From Candidatus Falkowbacteria bacterium (GTDB lineage: Bacteria > Patescibacteriota > Patescibacteriia > Patescibacteriales > UBA12075): a DNA stretch of 64,000 bases. Where the stretch lies: the NCBI GenBank assembly GCA_043801965.1, contig JAZDLN010000051.1, forward strand, positions 19,720 through 83,719, written 5' to 3'. Below are positions 18,501 through 27,900 of this stretch, in pieces. The notes under the pieces were generated by a model, which saw nothing but the letters and a program-made list of their open reading frames with translations, was not told the DNA's origin and searched no databases. The position numbers were made by a program, and so were the translations under genes. Positions within the stretch are counted from its first letter, which is position 1. Each line of letters starts with the position of its first letter.

Positions 18501-18746
18501 ATTTCCGTTGTCAGGATCGGCCGGGTCGTCAGCGGCCGCCGCGCTATCCTGCGCATCCGATAAACCGCCGTCGATAATATTTTGATTGATGCTCGACTCC
18601 GTCTCCGTCACTTCGGCATCGCCGGTCGCTATCTCTTCGGCCAAGACCATAATAACATTGTATGAATATAACGCCGAAAAGAACATTACTATAAATACAA
18701 TAATATTTTCTTTTATTTTTAAATTTTCATGGTATTGTCTGGACAT
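15558..18746 (-). CDS. Giant secreted, membrane-anchored repeat protein (1062 aa). It has four tandem roughly 85 aa repeats plus DUF11-like domains, and no canonical LPXTG.
   Basis: Signal peptide. Repeats contain TGDxxIxNxL.NxIN and NIFGxWxG. DUF11-type segments include VRPGDVVNYTITIRNPGG and ANPGDTVTYKAVITNNG. The C-terminus has DLAPAR followed by a TM helix and a positively charged tail. Confidence 0.65.
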   Translation of the reverse strand: MSRQYHENLKIKENIIVFIVMFFSALYSYNVIMVLAEEIATGDAEVTETESSINQNIIDGGLSDAQDSAAAADDPADPDNGNQTDNNGNIEIIELDGAEAVDDATDTTGINGTEDNTGTSTIATGEAIIEAIAENIVNSNGLEADCGAECPDTASGTTSVDNLNAATTTNDVLLNGDSGGNTIASSSGDALITTGDVGIINIILNYINNNFFGPGKEYFINIFNHVMGAIDLSGFNGEETAVEESGACDVIDCYVTINNDNSASTDNNIVIDANTGDNIIATSTGEGRIETGDIEIVNDLVNIANLNVAGNDWFFAVVNIFGELKGDIILPGPGNAASTSADEAATTTEVIAQTPELEAESAGIILANTDAADLLNNIDINASTGDNTTEGGGEITTGEAVVESHVFNLINYSVTGNAWKFARVNIFGNWDGFITGLPAGYDYLEDEYGITIYNDILSDPEFYSAYAQMIVGNTNLASTTNNIEINASTGNNSILHSDGGSIATGDINIQNSLLNFINANFTGNSWEFSMVNVFGDWQGNLAFGLPDLWVTEANDAAGPVRRGDYINYTFLFGNKGDGLATGVTLSDDYDENYVWSEAGAGIVAWPLSDLPPNTQGSLSYAVRVRDDISAGHHNADNTVAISSFGNDRDPGDNSAGGTVVVDGGNAAAAGGAGNSLSSRTDADNRMGNTSPALVVVKTNDAADVVRPGDVVNYTITIRNPGGTPMEDVLVLDILSGEEGKVEVNRELWELGAVLDREEVSIGYSLEITSNIRSGVYANEVTVEGYDAAKDDFVAVVASTKIKVENPDWFGFRPLLEIGLSGGADYANPGDTVTYKAVITNNGVKTAKGVILSGSLGDGLTFLDGGGIINNWNLGDMVPGQFRKVFFTVEADKTAEPGLYLIEFEVKSDNSGTAETARDRSSLEIKTVAVAGLSSEEVAVPQPVAVAPAISRLGFLDDIVGQPEKALAAGYAGETATELDQTFYPGENDFAFLDNSGRIGNKIDLAPARLAMKLLIALSVIFVILTIILTIKERSLNNEEIPEVVNLKKTRPLRLRKSFAGKN

Positions 18747-18828
18747 ATTTTAGTAGGTTAAAAGTAAGGCGAGAAGTAATAATTGATATTGGCATAAAAA
18801 CAAAACGCTCTCTTCAATCAAATAACCA

Positions 18829-18976
18829 CTTTTTCTGTCATCTCGACGACCCGCGGGAGGAGAGATCCATAATGCATTGCATCCGCGCTAAACGTCATTC
18901 CTGCGGACACAATGTATTATGGATCTCTCCCTCCGTCCCGAAACGTCGGGACTCCGGTCGAGATGACAGAAAAAAA
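18829..18976. repeat. MITE-like element with roughly 45 bp imperfect terminal inverted repeats (TTTTCTGTCATCTCGAC ... GTCGAGATGACAGAAAAA).
   Basis: Left arm tttttctgtcatctcgacgacccgcgggaggagagatccataatgcattg. Right arm caatgtattatggatctctccctcc...ggtcgagatgacagaaaaaaa. Related copy at 40811-40914. Confidence 0.6.
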
Positions 18977-19047
18977 TATTATTCAGAAAATTAAAACTTT
19001 AAAGCGTTTAACGGCGATGCTGGCTTACAATCGGAAATCGTCAATCC

Positions 19048-19698
19048 CTATCCCCAGAACCCCAGTATCTTTAAAATTCCCGCCTTGATAGCGCCGATGA
19101 AACCGGACCAGACAGCCGCGATTCCCCGGTTATCATCCGATCGATCGTCTTCCGCGGCGTTGCCGGCATCATCCGCGCAATCGCTTTCTTCGAGTGCGCA
19201 CAGCCCGTTCCCGGCCGGTTCTTCCGGCTCTTCCCAAAGCTCGCCCAAGACCGGCTCAGCAATACCCCTCCCCGTCCCTCCCCTAATTAGGGGAGGGTGC
19301 TGGAGCGAAGCGGAGGCGGGAGGGGTGTCTGAAATTTCCGCCTCCGCTTTATCGCTATCGGCGTTAACCCGGTTCTCTATTTTTAATTGAACGCTGTCTT
19401 CCGTTTCTTTCTCTATCTTTACATCAGTCACCTTTGTTCCGTTTATTTCGGTCTCTATCTCGATCTCTCCGCGCGTTTTCCCCTCGACAACGGCGCCGTT
19501 TTTCGCCGTATTGCCGCCGCTTGAGGCGGATGATTTTATATTATTGGTTATCTTTGCGCCCCCGGAATCGTCATAATAATAAACCTCGTCATATTCGGCC
19601 AGCAAATCATCGAGGTTAAAGGCCCGCGTCCCGGCCGGCAGAAACAGCATCGACGCTATGATAATATAATTAATTTTTTTAAAATATTTTACGGACAT
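19048..19698 (-). CDS. Secreted acidic hypothetical protein containing an in-frame palindromic-element insertion.
   Basis: Signal peptide. Internal DTPPASASLQHPPLIRGGTGRGIAEP segment encoded by the element at 19264-19327. Confidence 0.5.
   Translation of the reverse strand: MSVKYFKKINYIIIASMLFLPAGTRAFNLDDLLAEYDEVYYYDDSGGAKITNNIKSSASSGGNTAKNGAVVEGKTRGEIEIETEINGTKVTDVKIEKETEDSVQLKIENRVNADSDKAEAEISDTPPASASLQHPPLIRGGTGRGIAEPVLGELWEEPEEPAGNGLCALEESDCADDAGNAAEDDRSDDNRGIAAVWSGFIGAIKAGILKILGFWG
19264..19327. repeat. In-frame nested-palindromic element copy.
   Basis: tacccctccccgtccctcccctaattaggggagggtgctggagcgaagcggaggcgggaggggtg. Confidence 0.75.
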
Positions 19699-19766
19699 AC
19701 GATTCTGGATATGACGCGTTATAAGTTATGAACTTGTTCCAACCTGGCTACCCGATAACACCCTTT

Positions 19767-19904
19767 GTGTCATTCTGAACGGAGCCGGAGCGGAGTGAAG
19801 AATCTCTGGTTTAGCGCGCCTTACCGACAACACACCAGAACTATTTTTTCATGATGCTCGTTCTTATTCACGGGATTCTTCGGCCTAAGGCCTCAGAATG
19901 ACAC
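19767..19904. repeat. Inverted-repeat element GTGTCATTCTGA ... TCAGAATGACAC, related to the TGTCAT-terminated MITE family.
   Basis: Arms gtgtcattctgaacggagccggagcggagtgaagaatctc and gggattcttcggcctaaggcctcagaatgacac. Confidence 0.5.
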
Positions 19905-19953
19905 TTTCCAGACAATCCTGGCGCGCTTATTTACTAATTTGAACGGCGGGCGG

Positions 19954-19980
19954 GTAGAGACGAGTATGCCTCGTCTCTAC
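19954..19980. repeat. GTAGAGACG-armed palindrome.
   Basis: gtagagacgagtatgcctcgtctctac. Confidence 0.6.
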
Positions 19981-20013
19981 CGCGCCACGCCCTTTCCATT
20001 CTTCCGTTCAACC

Positions 20014-21162
20014 TTAGAATCTTATCCGATTGATAATGTGGTTCACCCTATTGACAATGCGCGTATCGCTGTTTGACGGACCAGTGGTAATAATGCCGCC
20101 CCAGCCCGCAGCGCCGCCGGCTCCGCCGGCTCCGCCGATATTATCGTCTTCCGAACCGGTTATCGATCCGCCGTTGCCGGCATCGGTTCCATCGCCGCCA
20201 TCGGCTATGTTATCGCCGGTCAGGGCGCTGGTATTGGCAGTATTGACGAGAGTGGCTGTGTCCAGGTTATTGATCACTATATTTTCCGTGCTGGAGGCCA
20301 AATCATTTTCGCAATCGCAGGGAGCTATTCTTGTCCTGTCGACATTAACTCTGTTTATGATCCTGGAAGCGGCAGTCGCGGCTCCGGTCGTGATATTGCC
20401 GCCGTCTCCGCCCGCGCCGCCCGCGCCGCCCGCGCCGCCGGTATTAGCGTCATCGGACTCGGTTACATTACCGCCGTGTCCGGCCGCGCCGCCCGCGCCG
20501 CCGTTAGCGGTATTATTACCGGTAGTAGCGAGGGTAGTAACAGTATTGGTGATAACGGCGGTTTTGGTATTCGTTACTTCTATGGACAGATCCCTTACTC
20601 CACCATTATCATCTTCATCATCCCCGTCTTCGTCCGGGCAGACCTCATCATACTCGATCGAAACCGCGTCCACGTCGTAAGCGTCCGCTGTGTCTCCGTG
20701 CAGGTCCGGATCGGTCGTATCGACCAGCCTGACGTACTGGACGCACTGGTCCACGTTAAAAGTGGTTACGCCGTCGCCTTCGCCTTCGTCATTATTGGCC
20801 TCGCCGATAAAATTAAAATTAATTCCGTCATCGCTCACGTACACATCGGCTGTTTCCAGGGGAAATGCTCCGCCGGTAATCTCGTAAGTCGCCAAGGTAA
20901 GTACGCCGGATGCTTTGACCGGGAATTCGAGGGTCAGGTCGCCGCCGAAACCTAAAGAAACGAAATCGCCGTCGTTCGGACCTAAGGCGTCAGTCGGATC
21001 GCTCCTTGAAGCGCTAACCGGATCGCCATTCTTCTGATCGCCCTGGTTGAATTCATCGACGCTGTCCGCGAAATCAAGAACAGCCGCGTCCGCGTAGAAC
21101 GTGGACATGAACGGCGATAAAGCCAACATAAGCCCTAAAACAAAAATAAATGTTTTCTTCAT
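20014..21162 (-). CDS. Secreted Gly/Asp-rich repeat protein.
   Basis: Signal peptide MKKTFIFVLGLMLALSPFMSTFYADA. Two internal copies of a GGAGGAGGAGG-containing module. No sorting signal. Confidence 0.5.
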   Translation of the reverse strand: MKKTFIFVLGLMLALSPFMSTFYADAAVLDFADSVDEFNQGDQKNGDPVSASRSDPTDALGPNDGDFVSLGFGGDLTLEFPVKASGVLTLATYEITGGAFPLETADVYVSDDGINFNFIGEANNDEGEGDGVTTFNVDQCVQYVRLVDTTDPDLHGDTADAYDVDAVSIEYDEVCPDEDGDDEDDNGGVRDLSIEVTNTKTAVITNTVTTLATTGNNTANGGAGGAAGHGGNVTESDDANTGGAGGAGGAGGDGGNITTGAATAASRIINRVNVDRTRIAPCDCENDLASSTENIVINNLDTATLVNTANTSALTGDNIADGGDGTDAGNGGSITGSEDDNIGGAGGAGGAAGWGGIITTGPSNSDTRIVNRVNHIINRIRF

Positions 21163-21242
21163 AAGATTTTCCGTTAAGTTATTATTTACTCAAAGGATTC
21201 AAATAAAGAACATCGACCTTTATCGCTTTTTATTCTTTGATC

Positions 21243-21282
21243 CTTTGGGCGGATGAGGACGAACGTCCCTATCCGCCCAAAG
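21243..21282. repeat. Nested palindrome ctttgggcggat-gaggacgaacgtccct-atccgcccaaag.
   Basis: 12 bp perfect outer arms around an inner palindrome ggacgaacgtcc. Confidence 0.45.
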
Positions 21283-21324
21283 AAAGGAAGGCTTTTTCTT
21301 CCTTCTTCGGATTTTTTACAAACA

Positions 21325-23931
21325 TTAAACAGCCTGCGTTTTGCGCCCTAAATATAAACCTATGGTCCCGAGCGATATCATGATCGCGGAGAGCGCGATT
21401 AACTCGTCAAAACCGAACCCGGTTTCCGGTAAAGTCGTACGCACCTCCAGATCAGCCGTGGTCCTTACCGGTTCATGGTTATCCGCCCGCGCTTCCGCCC
21501 GATTGACGTAAACGCCCGTGGCCGCGCTTCGGTCGATATTTGCCGAAATGATGATTTCCCGGCTCGCTCCGGGAGCCAGATCGCCGAGCATGAACGTTTT
21601 AGAGCTCGTGCCGTTATCGACAAAAGAAAGTCCGGAGGGCAGGGTATCGGTCATGACCGCGTTAAAAGCCGTTAAATTCCCCGTGTTCCTGACCGTAACC
21701 GTGAATTTAATATTCTTGTCCCCGGGTCTGGCGAAAACACGGTCGATCTTCTTGGTTATGGAAAGTATCGGTTCACCCTCTTCCCCCCTGACGCAAGTAT
21801 CACTCGATAAAGTATTTACGGAAATTTCCGGCCCGAAGATAATACTCGAATTATTGACGGATACCGGTCGGACGTAATAAGTTTTCCCGATATCAAGACC
21901 GATGATCGATTCTTCGTGGCCGGTAACTTCTTCGCTGTCCTGCGTGGTCGAAAACGCGTAACCGAAATTAGGAGCCGTGCTCGTGCCGATATCAGAGTGG
22001 GAAACCGTATCGTAAATAAGGCGTGAAGCGGCCGGTTTTGACGTTAACCAGGAAAATATCAGGAAGTCACAGCCGGAATTTACATTTTGAAAATTCTTTA
22101 TTTCGAATATTGGTATCCCGCCGCCGCCATTGCCGCCTCCGTTGCCGCCGCCTCCGCCATTGCTCGCGGGCTGTTTATAATTTACGAAATCAACGGTTTT
22201 GTCTTCGCTTTTATGTTCCTTTTTATCTGTTTTTATGTTGACGATCGCCATGCCGTCAGCGGGATCGACGTAACTCCAGCCGGAAGGAAGAGTCTCGGTA
22301 ATAGTGTAATCGCCTTCCGGCAGTCCGCCGAAAACGGTACAACCGTTTACCGTTGATTGGGTGGTCGTGGCCACAGTCCCGCCCGAGAGCGTGAACTGCC
22401 AGACGGCCGTGGTTGTGGCGCGATCGCCGGTCGTCGAAGCCGAGCCGTCCGCGTCTTCGTATTTGCATACCTTGATCGACCCCTCCGGTTCCCGGAAGTT
22501 TACGAACTTTACGGTTTTGTCTTCGCATTCTTCAAGGTTCACGGTTATCTTGCCATCGGCCGGATCGACGAAACTCCAGCCGAAAAGAAGAGTTTCGGTA
22601 ATAGTATAATTTCCGGCCGGAAGCTCATCGAAGGTGGCACAGCCGTCAATGGTCGATATTGCGGTCGTGGCCGTGCCGTCATGGATAATATATTCCCAGA
22701 TACTGTCGGATAATATCCGGTCGTCAGTGGTCGAGGCCAGTCCGTCTTTATCTTCGTATTTGCATACTTTGATCGAGCCGGTTTTATCGCCGCCGCCTCC
22801 GCCGCCGTTGCCTCCGCCGCCTCCGCCGCCATTACCCTCCTCTTTATAATTAACGAAATTGACGGTTTTATTTTCGCCTTTTAAGAGTTTCGCGGCCATA
22901 ATTCCGTTAGCGGGTTCGACGTAACTCCAGCCGGAAAGAAGAGTTTCGGTAATAGTATAATCCCCGGCAGTAAGCCCATCGAAAGTGGCGCAGCCATCCA
23001 CGGTAGATCTTACGGTCGTGGCCGTATCGCCGTTAAGGGTATATTCCCAGACGTTATCGGCAAGCGTCCGGTCGTCCGTAGTCGAGGCCGAGCCGTCCGC
23101 GTCTTTGTATTTGCAGACTTTGATCGAACCTTTCGGCGCCGGAGGAACAGGTTCTTCCTTGTGATTCACGAAAGCGATGAACTTATTCTCCGCGTTACCG
23201 AGATTAACCGTCCGTATGCCGTTATCGGGAACAAGAAAAGACCAACCGGAGAGCAGGGTTTCCGTAACAGTATAATTGCCCGCTTCCAGTCCGGTAAAAG
23301 CGGTACAGCCGTTTTCGGTCGTCTGTATTTTATCCGCGCCTCCGGAAAGGGTGTATTCCCAGATCGAATCGGAAAGGACGCGGTCGTAAGTGGATAAAGC
23401 GATCCCGTCCGCGTCTTCATATTTGCAGACAGTGATAGATGAAGAGATCGTCTCGGCCTGACGATTACCGAAATGCAGACTGCTTATGTTCTGTCCGGCC
23501 TGCAGATTAACCACGTGTTTCGTGGGGTCGTCCTGGTTCGGGTAAACTATATTATTCGGAAAAGTCTCTGTCCAGCCGGGTTTCTGGGTTTCGGCCACGA
23601 TATAATTACCGGCCGCGAGGTTATCGAAAATATAGCAGCCGAAATCGTTGGTTACGGTCGTAGTGGAAACATCCCCGCTTAAAACGATCTCCCAGCCGGG
23701 GAGGATATCCGCGGTACTGGTGCCGGTTTCATCCCAGAAACCGTCGCCGTCAGCGTCATTCCATTTACAGCCGGAAATCGAGCCTAATGGCGGCTCCGCG
23801 GCTTTCGCTTCCTCCGGAACGGCAAAAAACACGCCTACGAAAGACATGTTGAAGATAAGTACGCTTAAAAGGAAAACATTGAAGAATCTCCGGATTCTTC
23901 TGGTTTTTTTACTGAGGCTTGGGATCTGCAT
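21325..23931 (-). CDS. Cell-wall-anchored (LPETG) pilin/adhesin-like protein with four Cna-B/prealbumin-like repeats, poly-Gly linkers and a C-terminal DUF11 domain.
   Basis: Repeats SIKVCKYEDADG ... GDYTITETLLSGWSY. The C-terminus ends LPETGFGFDELIALSAIMISLGTIGLYLGRKTQAV (motif, TM, basic tail). Confidence 0.75.
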   Translation of the reverse strand: MQIPSLSKKTRRIRRFFNVFLLSVLIFNMSFVGVFFAVPEEAKAAEPPLGSISGCKWNDADGDGFWDETGTSTADILPGWEIVLSGDVSTTTVTNDFGCYIFDNLAAGNYIVAETQKPGWTETFPNNIVYPNQDDPTKHVVNLQAGQNISSLHFGNRQAETISSSITVCKYEDADGIALSTYDRVLSDSIWEYTLSGGADKIQTTENGCTAFTGLEAGNYTVTETLLSGWSFLVPDNGIRTVNLGNAENKFIAFVNHKEEPVPPAPKGSIKVCKYKDADGSASTTDDRTLADNVWEYTLNGDTATTVRSTVDGCATFDGLTAGDYTITETLLSGWSYVEPANGIMAAKLLKGENKTVNFVNYKEEGNGGGGGGGNGGGGGGDKTGSIKVCKYEDKDGLASTTDDRILSDSIWEYIIHDGTATTAISTIDGCATFDELPAGNYTITETLLFGWSFVDPADGKITVNLEECEDKTVKFVNFREPEGSIKVCKYEDADGSASTTGDRATTTAVWQFTLSGGTVATTTQSTVNGCTVFGGLPEGDYTITETLPSGWSYVDPADGMAIVNIKTDKKEHKSEDKTVDFVNYKQPASNGGGGGNGGGNGGGGIPIFEIKNFQNVNSGCDFLIFSWLTSKPAASRLIYDTVSHSDIGTSTAPNFGYAFSTTQDSEEVTGHEESIIGLDIGKTYYVRPVSVNNSSIIFGPEISVNTLSSDTCVRGEEGEPILSITKKIDRVFARPGDKNIKFTVTVRNTGNLTAFNAVMTDTLPSGLSFVDNGTSSKTFMLGDLAPGASREIIISANIDRSAATGVYVNRAEARADNHEPVRTTADLEVRTTLPETGFGFDELIALSAIMISLGTIGLYLGRKTQAV

Positions 23932-24060
23932 AGGTTTGATTGTAAATAAATAATAACTGAGTTATTATTCCGTTAGTTTATAATTATGAAATATTAATAA
24001 TTGAATTATAGTTTCGACTGATTAAATTATTGTTATTATTTAGTTAAATCAGTATTAAAG

Positions 24061-24161
24061 CCATCCCCTCCAGGGCGCGATGTCCGGGGAGGTTGGACTA
24101 AAATGTTCAATATCTCCCTTCTCCCTGCCAATAGGCAGGGAGAAGGGTTGGGGATGAGGGC
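24061..24161. repeat. Two adjacent GC-rich palindromic elements; the second has a GGGGATGAGGGC tail.
   Basis: tctcccttctccctgccaataggcagggagaagggttggggatgagggc. Confidence 0.5.
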
Positions 24162-24258
24162 GATGGCCAACAAAAAAACAGCCGAATTATCAGCTGTCAT
24201 ATTTTTTTAACAAAATACCGTCAATGCTTTTATTTGGAAGTCTCCTCCAACGCATTCT

Positions 24259-24651
24259 TTACGCGGAGTTGTAATGTTCAATCCGCCCATTCAAGTCGTC
24301 TAAAAGAGCTTTTAAATACTGATACGGCTCTTCATGCGCGGGAAAAGACTGAACGATCGCCTTGATCTCATTTCTGGTATCGGCGATAAATTTCAAATTA
24401 AAATAAAAATTGCTCGTTATAAGCGCTTGGCAAAGCACCTCGATGCCGAAATTTATGCGCGCGCATGCCAACATTCTCTCTATCCCTTCGGTCGTTGGCC
24501 CGCCCACGCTCTCTAAGTACTCTTTAACGAGTTTTTTTATCTGTTCAACCGCCGCCATGTGTGGCAAATAGGTTAAACTCCACTTATCCTCGTTATTCCC
24601 GCAAATTACGTAACCACCCATCTTGCGCCTCCTATCGATTGTTGTGACCAC
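24259..24651 (-). CDS. Hypothetical protein (130 aa).
   Basis: ORF only. Confidence 0.35.
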   Translation of the reverse strand: MVTTIDRRRKMGGYVICGNNEDKWSLTYLPHMAAVEQIKKLVKEYLESVGGPTTEGIERMLACARINFGIEVLCQALITSNFYFNLKFIADTRNEIKAIVQSFPAHEEPYQYLKALLDDLNGRIEHYNSA

Positions 24652-24919
24652 AATGATCTTTAAAAAAGTGCTATCCTCGCGCGGACGGGAATTCCGGCTC
24701 GAAGAAAAGCCCGAATTTCCGCCCTCCGTAAAAATAGCATCCTTTAATATATTTTCAAGTGAAAATTATCCTATTTATCTTTCGGCATATAATCCGCGTT
24801 TTGCGCTTCTATCATCTCTCCGCGGATCCGGCGCAGATTTATACGCGGATTTAACGCTGATATGTGTTCTTGTTATGCGCTTGCCCCGCATGAGCGAAGC
24901 GATTTTGCGGGATTATGCG

Positions 24920-27900
24920 TTACGCGTTATACGCCTTGCGCTTTAAGAGCGCGCTCGCTCCAGTAAGTCCTCCGACCATCATAATGAGAGCCATAAACTC
25001 GAAGACGCTCCATCCTGTTTCGGCCAATACTTCTATTTCCCTAACCTCCAGGTCTGCCATGGCCTCGAGCTGTTTATGGTTATCGGATCTTATCGTGGCG
25101 GTATTGACGTATATTTTTTCCGCGGCATCGTCTATGACGTTCGCTAAATAAGTGATTTCCCCCGTTTCGCCGGGCAGAAGGTCTCCGATGGCCCATTCCC
25201 GGGTGGTCGAAGCGGTATCGGCGTAAACGATCCCCTCGGGAAGAATATCCTTGATTATGACGTTAAAAGCGGTTAAATTCCCCGTATTGGCGTAATTGAT
25301 CACGTACTTGAAATTCTTATCCCCCGGATTGTAGAATGATTTCTCGTCCGGAATGACTTTCGTGATCGAAAGTATCGGGTCCCCTTCTTCGCCTTTGACC
25401 TCGACGCAGGCGTCGGTCTTGTATTTGACGGTTTTCTCGGCTTTATCCGATCCTTCTTCGGCCTTGGCCGTAAAGGAATATTCGGTATAAGGCTTTAAGC
25501 CGCCGATCGTGGTCGAATGCAGGGTGCTTTCCGTGGTCGTGTCGGTCGAGGTGGCGTCTTTGATATCGTCGGAATCGAGGCCGTAAACGACCCAGCTGGT
25601 CACGGTCTTGTTAGTGCGCCATTCTATTTTGGCCGTATTTTCGTCAATGCACTTAGCTTCAATTTCCATGATATCGAGGAAAACATGGCCTCCGCCGCCG
25701 CCTCCGCCGCCTGGCGTAGTGCAGTCGTTCTTACAGCTGTCATTATTATTGCTATTAGCGTCATCGCACTGTTCTCCCCTGTTCGTCTGGACGATGCCGT
25801 CGCCGCAATAAGGACCGCCGCCGCCCTCAGTCGTGCAGGTGGCGGAGCAGCCGTCGCCGGAAACGTTATTGCCATCATCGCATTGCTCTCCAGGGGTGTT
25901 TCCCGATATACCATCGCCGCACTTGGGCAAAGTGCAATCGTTATGGCAGCCGTCGGCATTATCGGTGTTTCCGTCGTCGCATTCTTCGTCCAAGACGTTA
26001 ACTGTGCCGTCGCCGCAACGTGGTTCCGGGGTCTGATAATTAAGGAAAATAAGCGGTTCAAGGCTTACCGCGCCGACCGTAACCTGATGCGCGCCGCCGT
26101 AAGGATAGGAGTTTACCCAGTTTCCGCCCACAAGCGGCATTTCGGCAACCGTGTAGTCGCCATAAACCAGGCCGTCTAAAGTAACACAGGCTGTTTCGCC
26201 GTTAGTGGCCGCGTCTACATTCGTTAAATCCGGCTTAGTAACCAGGAAATTCCAGGTTAAGGGCGTATCGGTCGCGTGCTCGTAAATTCCGAGCAGGCCG
26301 TTATCGTAATATTTGCAGATGGTTAATGATCCGGTTTCGATCGCGCAATTAGCGTCACAGCCATCGCCATCGATGCTATTATGATCGTCGCATTGTTCGC
26401 CGGTATCGATGTTGCCATCGCCGCAGTAGGGTACGTTTTCCAAGACGCAATCAGCGCTACAGGTTTGGTGCGGCCCGACGCCGGTCAAGCCGTCACATTG
26501 CTCCCAGCTTTGGTTTATAAGGCCGTCTCCGCAAATAGGTCCGTCGTCCTCGTTTTGGCAGTTAGCGTCGCAACCGTCGCCATCAATGTTGTTATGATCG
26601 TCGCATTGTTCGCCGGAATCTATGTTGCCGTCGCCACAATAGGGCACGTAATTCGTTTCGCAGTTATTGTCGCAGGTGTAATGTTCTGGAACGCCTGCAT
26701 TGGTCGGATCGTTAAAATCGCAGATCTCGGTGCCGTTTTTTATGCCATCGCCACAATAAGGGATATAGGTCAAATCGCAGCTTAAATTACAAATATTATG
26801 CTCTGGAACGCCGGCATTGGTCGGATCGTTAAAATCGCAGATCTCGGTGCCGTTTTGAACACCATCGCCGCAGAAAGGACCGGTTAAGGTTATTTCGCTG
26901 CAGATACCGGAGCAATAGGTGCAGTTTCCGCCGTAAGCCGGGACACACTGCCGGCCGTTATTTACGCCGTCGTCACAAACTTCGCCGTTATCCGGATTGC
27001 CGTCGCCGCAATAAGGCACGTATGTCGTTTCGCAGTTATTGTTGCAGGTGTAATGTTCCGGAACGCCGGCATGCGTCGGATCGTTAAAATCGCAGATCTC
27101 GGTGCCGTTTTGAACGCCATCGCCACAGAAAGGACCGGTCAGGGTCATCGGTTGGCAAATATTTGAACAATAAGTACAGCTTCCCCCATAAGCCGGGACG
27201 CATTGTACTCCGTTTTGTCCGTTATCGTCGCAAATTTCGTCGGTATCGGTAATACCGTCGCCGCATTCAGGCTCCGTGCAGTTATTGCGGCAATCGTCAT
27301 TATCGATGTCATTGCCGTCGTCGCATTCTTCGCTTACCTGATTGACGGTTCCGTCTCCGCAGACCGGAGGCGCGCAGAAAACTTCAGTGGTTTCTTCTTC
27401 GCAAAGAGCGGCCGGCAATTCGTTGGCGGTTACGCAAGCCTTATTTAAAAGAGTCGATCCGCAGGCCGTATCGGTTTTAACTGAAGTTAAAATCTCTATG
27501 ACCCTCGTTTCACCCGGATGCAAAACGTCATAAACCCATTCGTTGTTGCCGCTGGTCGGAACAGGGTTTGAACTCGTAAAAACGGTCTGACTGCTATAAT
27601 ATTCCTTAAGTATGACACCGCTCCCCGTACAATCGGCCGTACCGATGTTTTCCAGGGTCAGGACGTACGATAAATTTCCCCCCGGAGATACCGGATCCGG
27701 ATTGTCTGTTTTAGTAAGCTTTAATTTACACTCCGGGCCGCCGCAAAAAGTCAGATGGCTGATATCGTAAGCTCCCTTAACAACCGTTCCGGATGTTCCT
27801 CCTGGGAATTCCGTATAATTAGTAGCCGCCTTCCTTAAAACTTTAGCTACCGCCGGATTTGAGGTCCAGCTGGCGGAGGCGGTGTTTCCGGTAACAGCGG

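Noticed and set aside
21325-23931. Poly-Gly runs (GGGGGGGNGGGGGG) in the LPETG pilin-like protein as a separate repeat feature.
   Set aside because: They are in-frame low-complexity linkers between Cna-B-like repeats, not an independent DNA repeat element.
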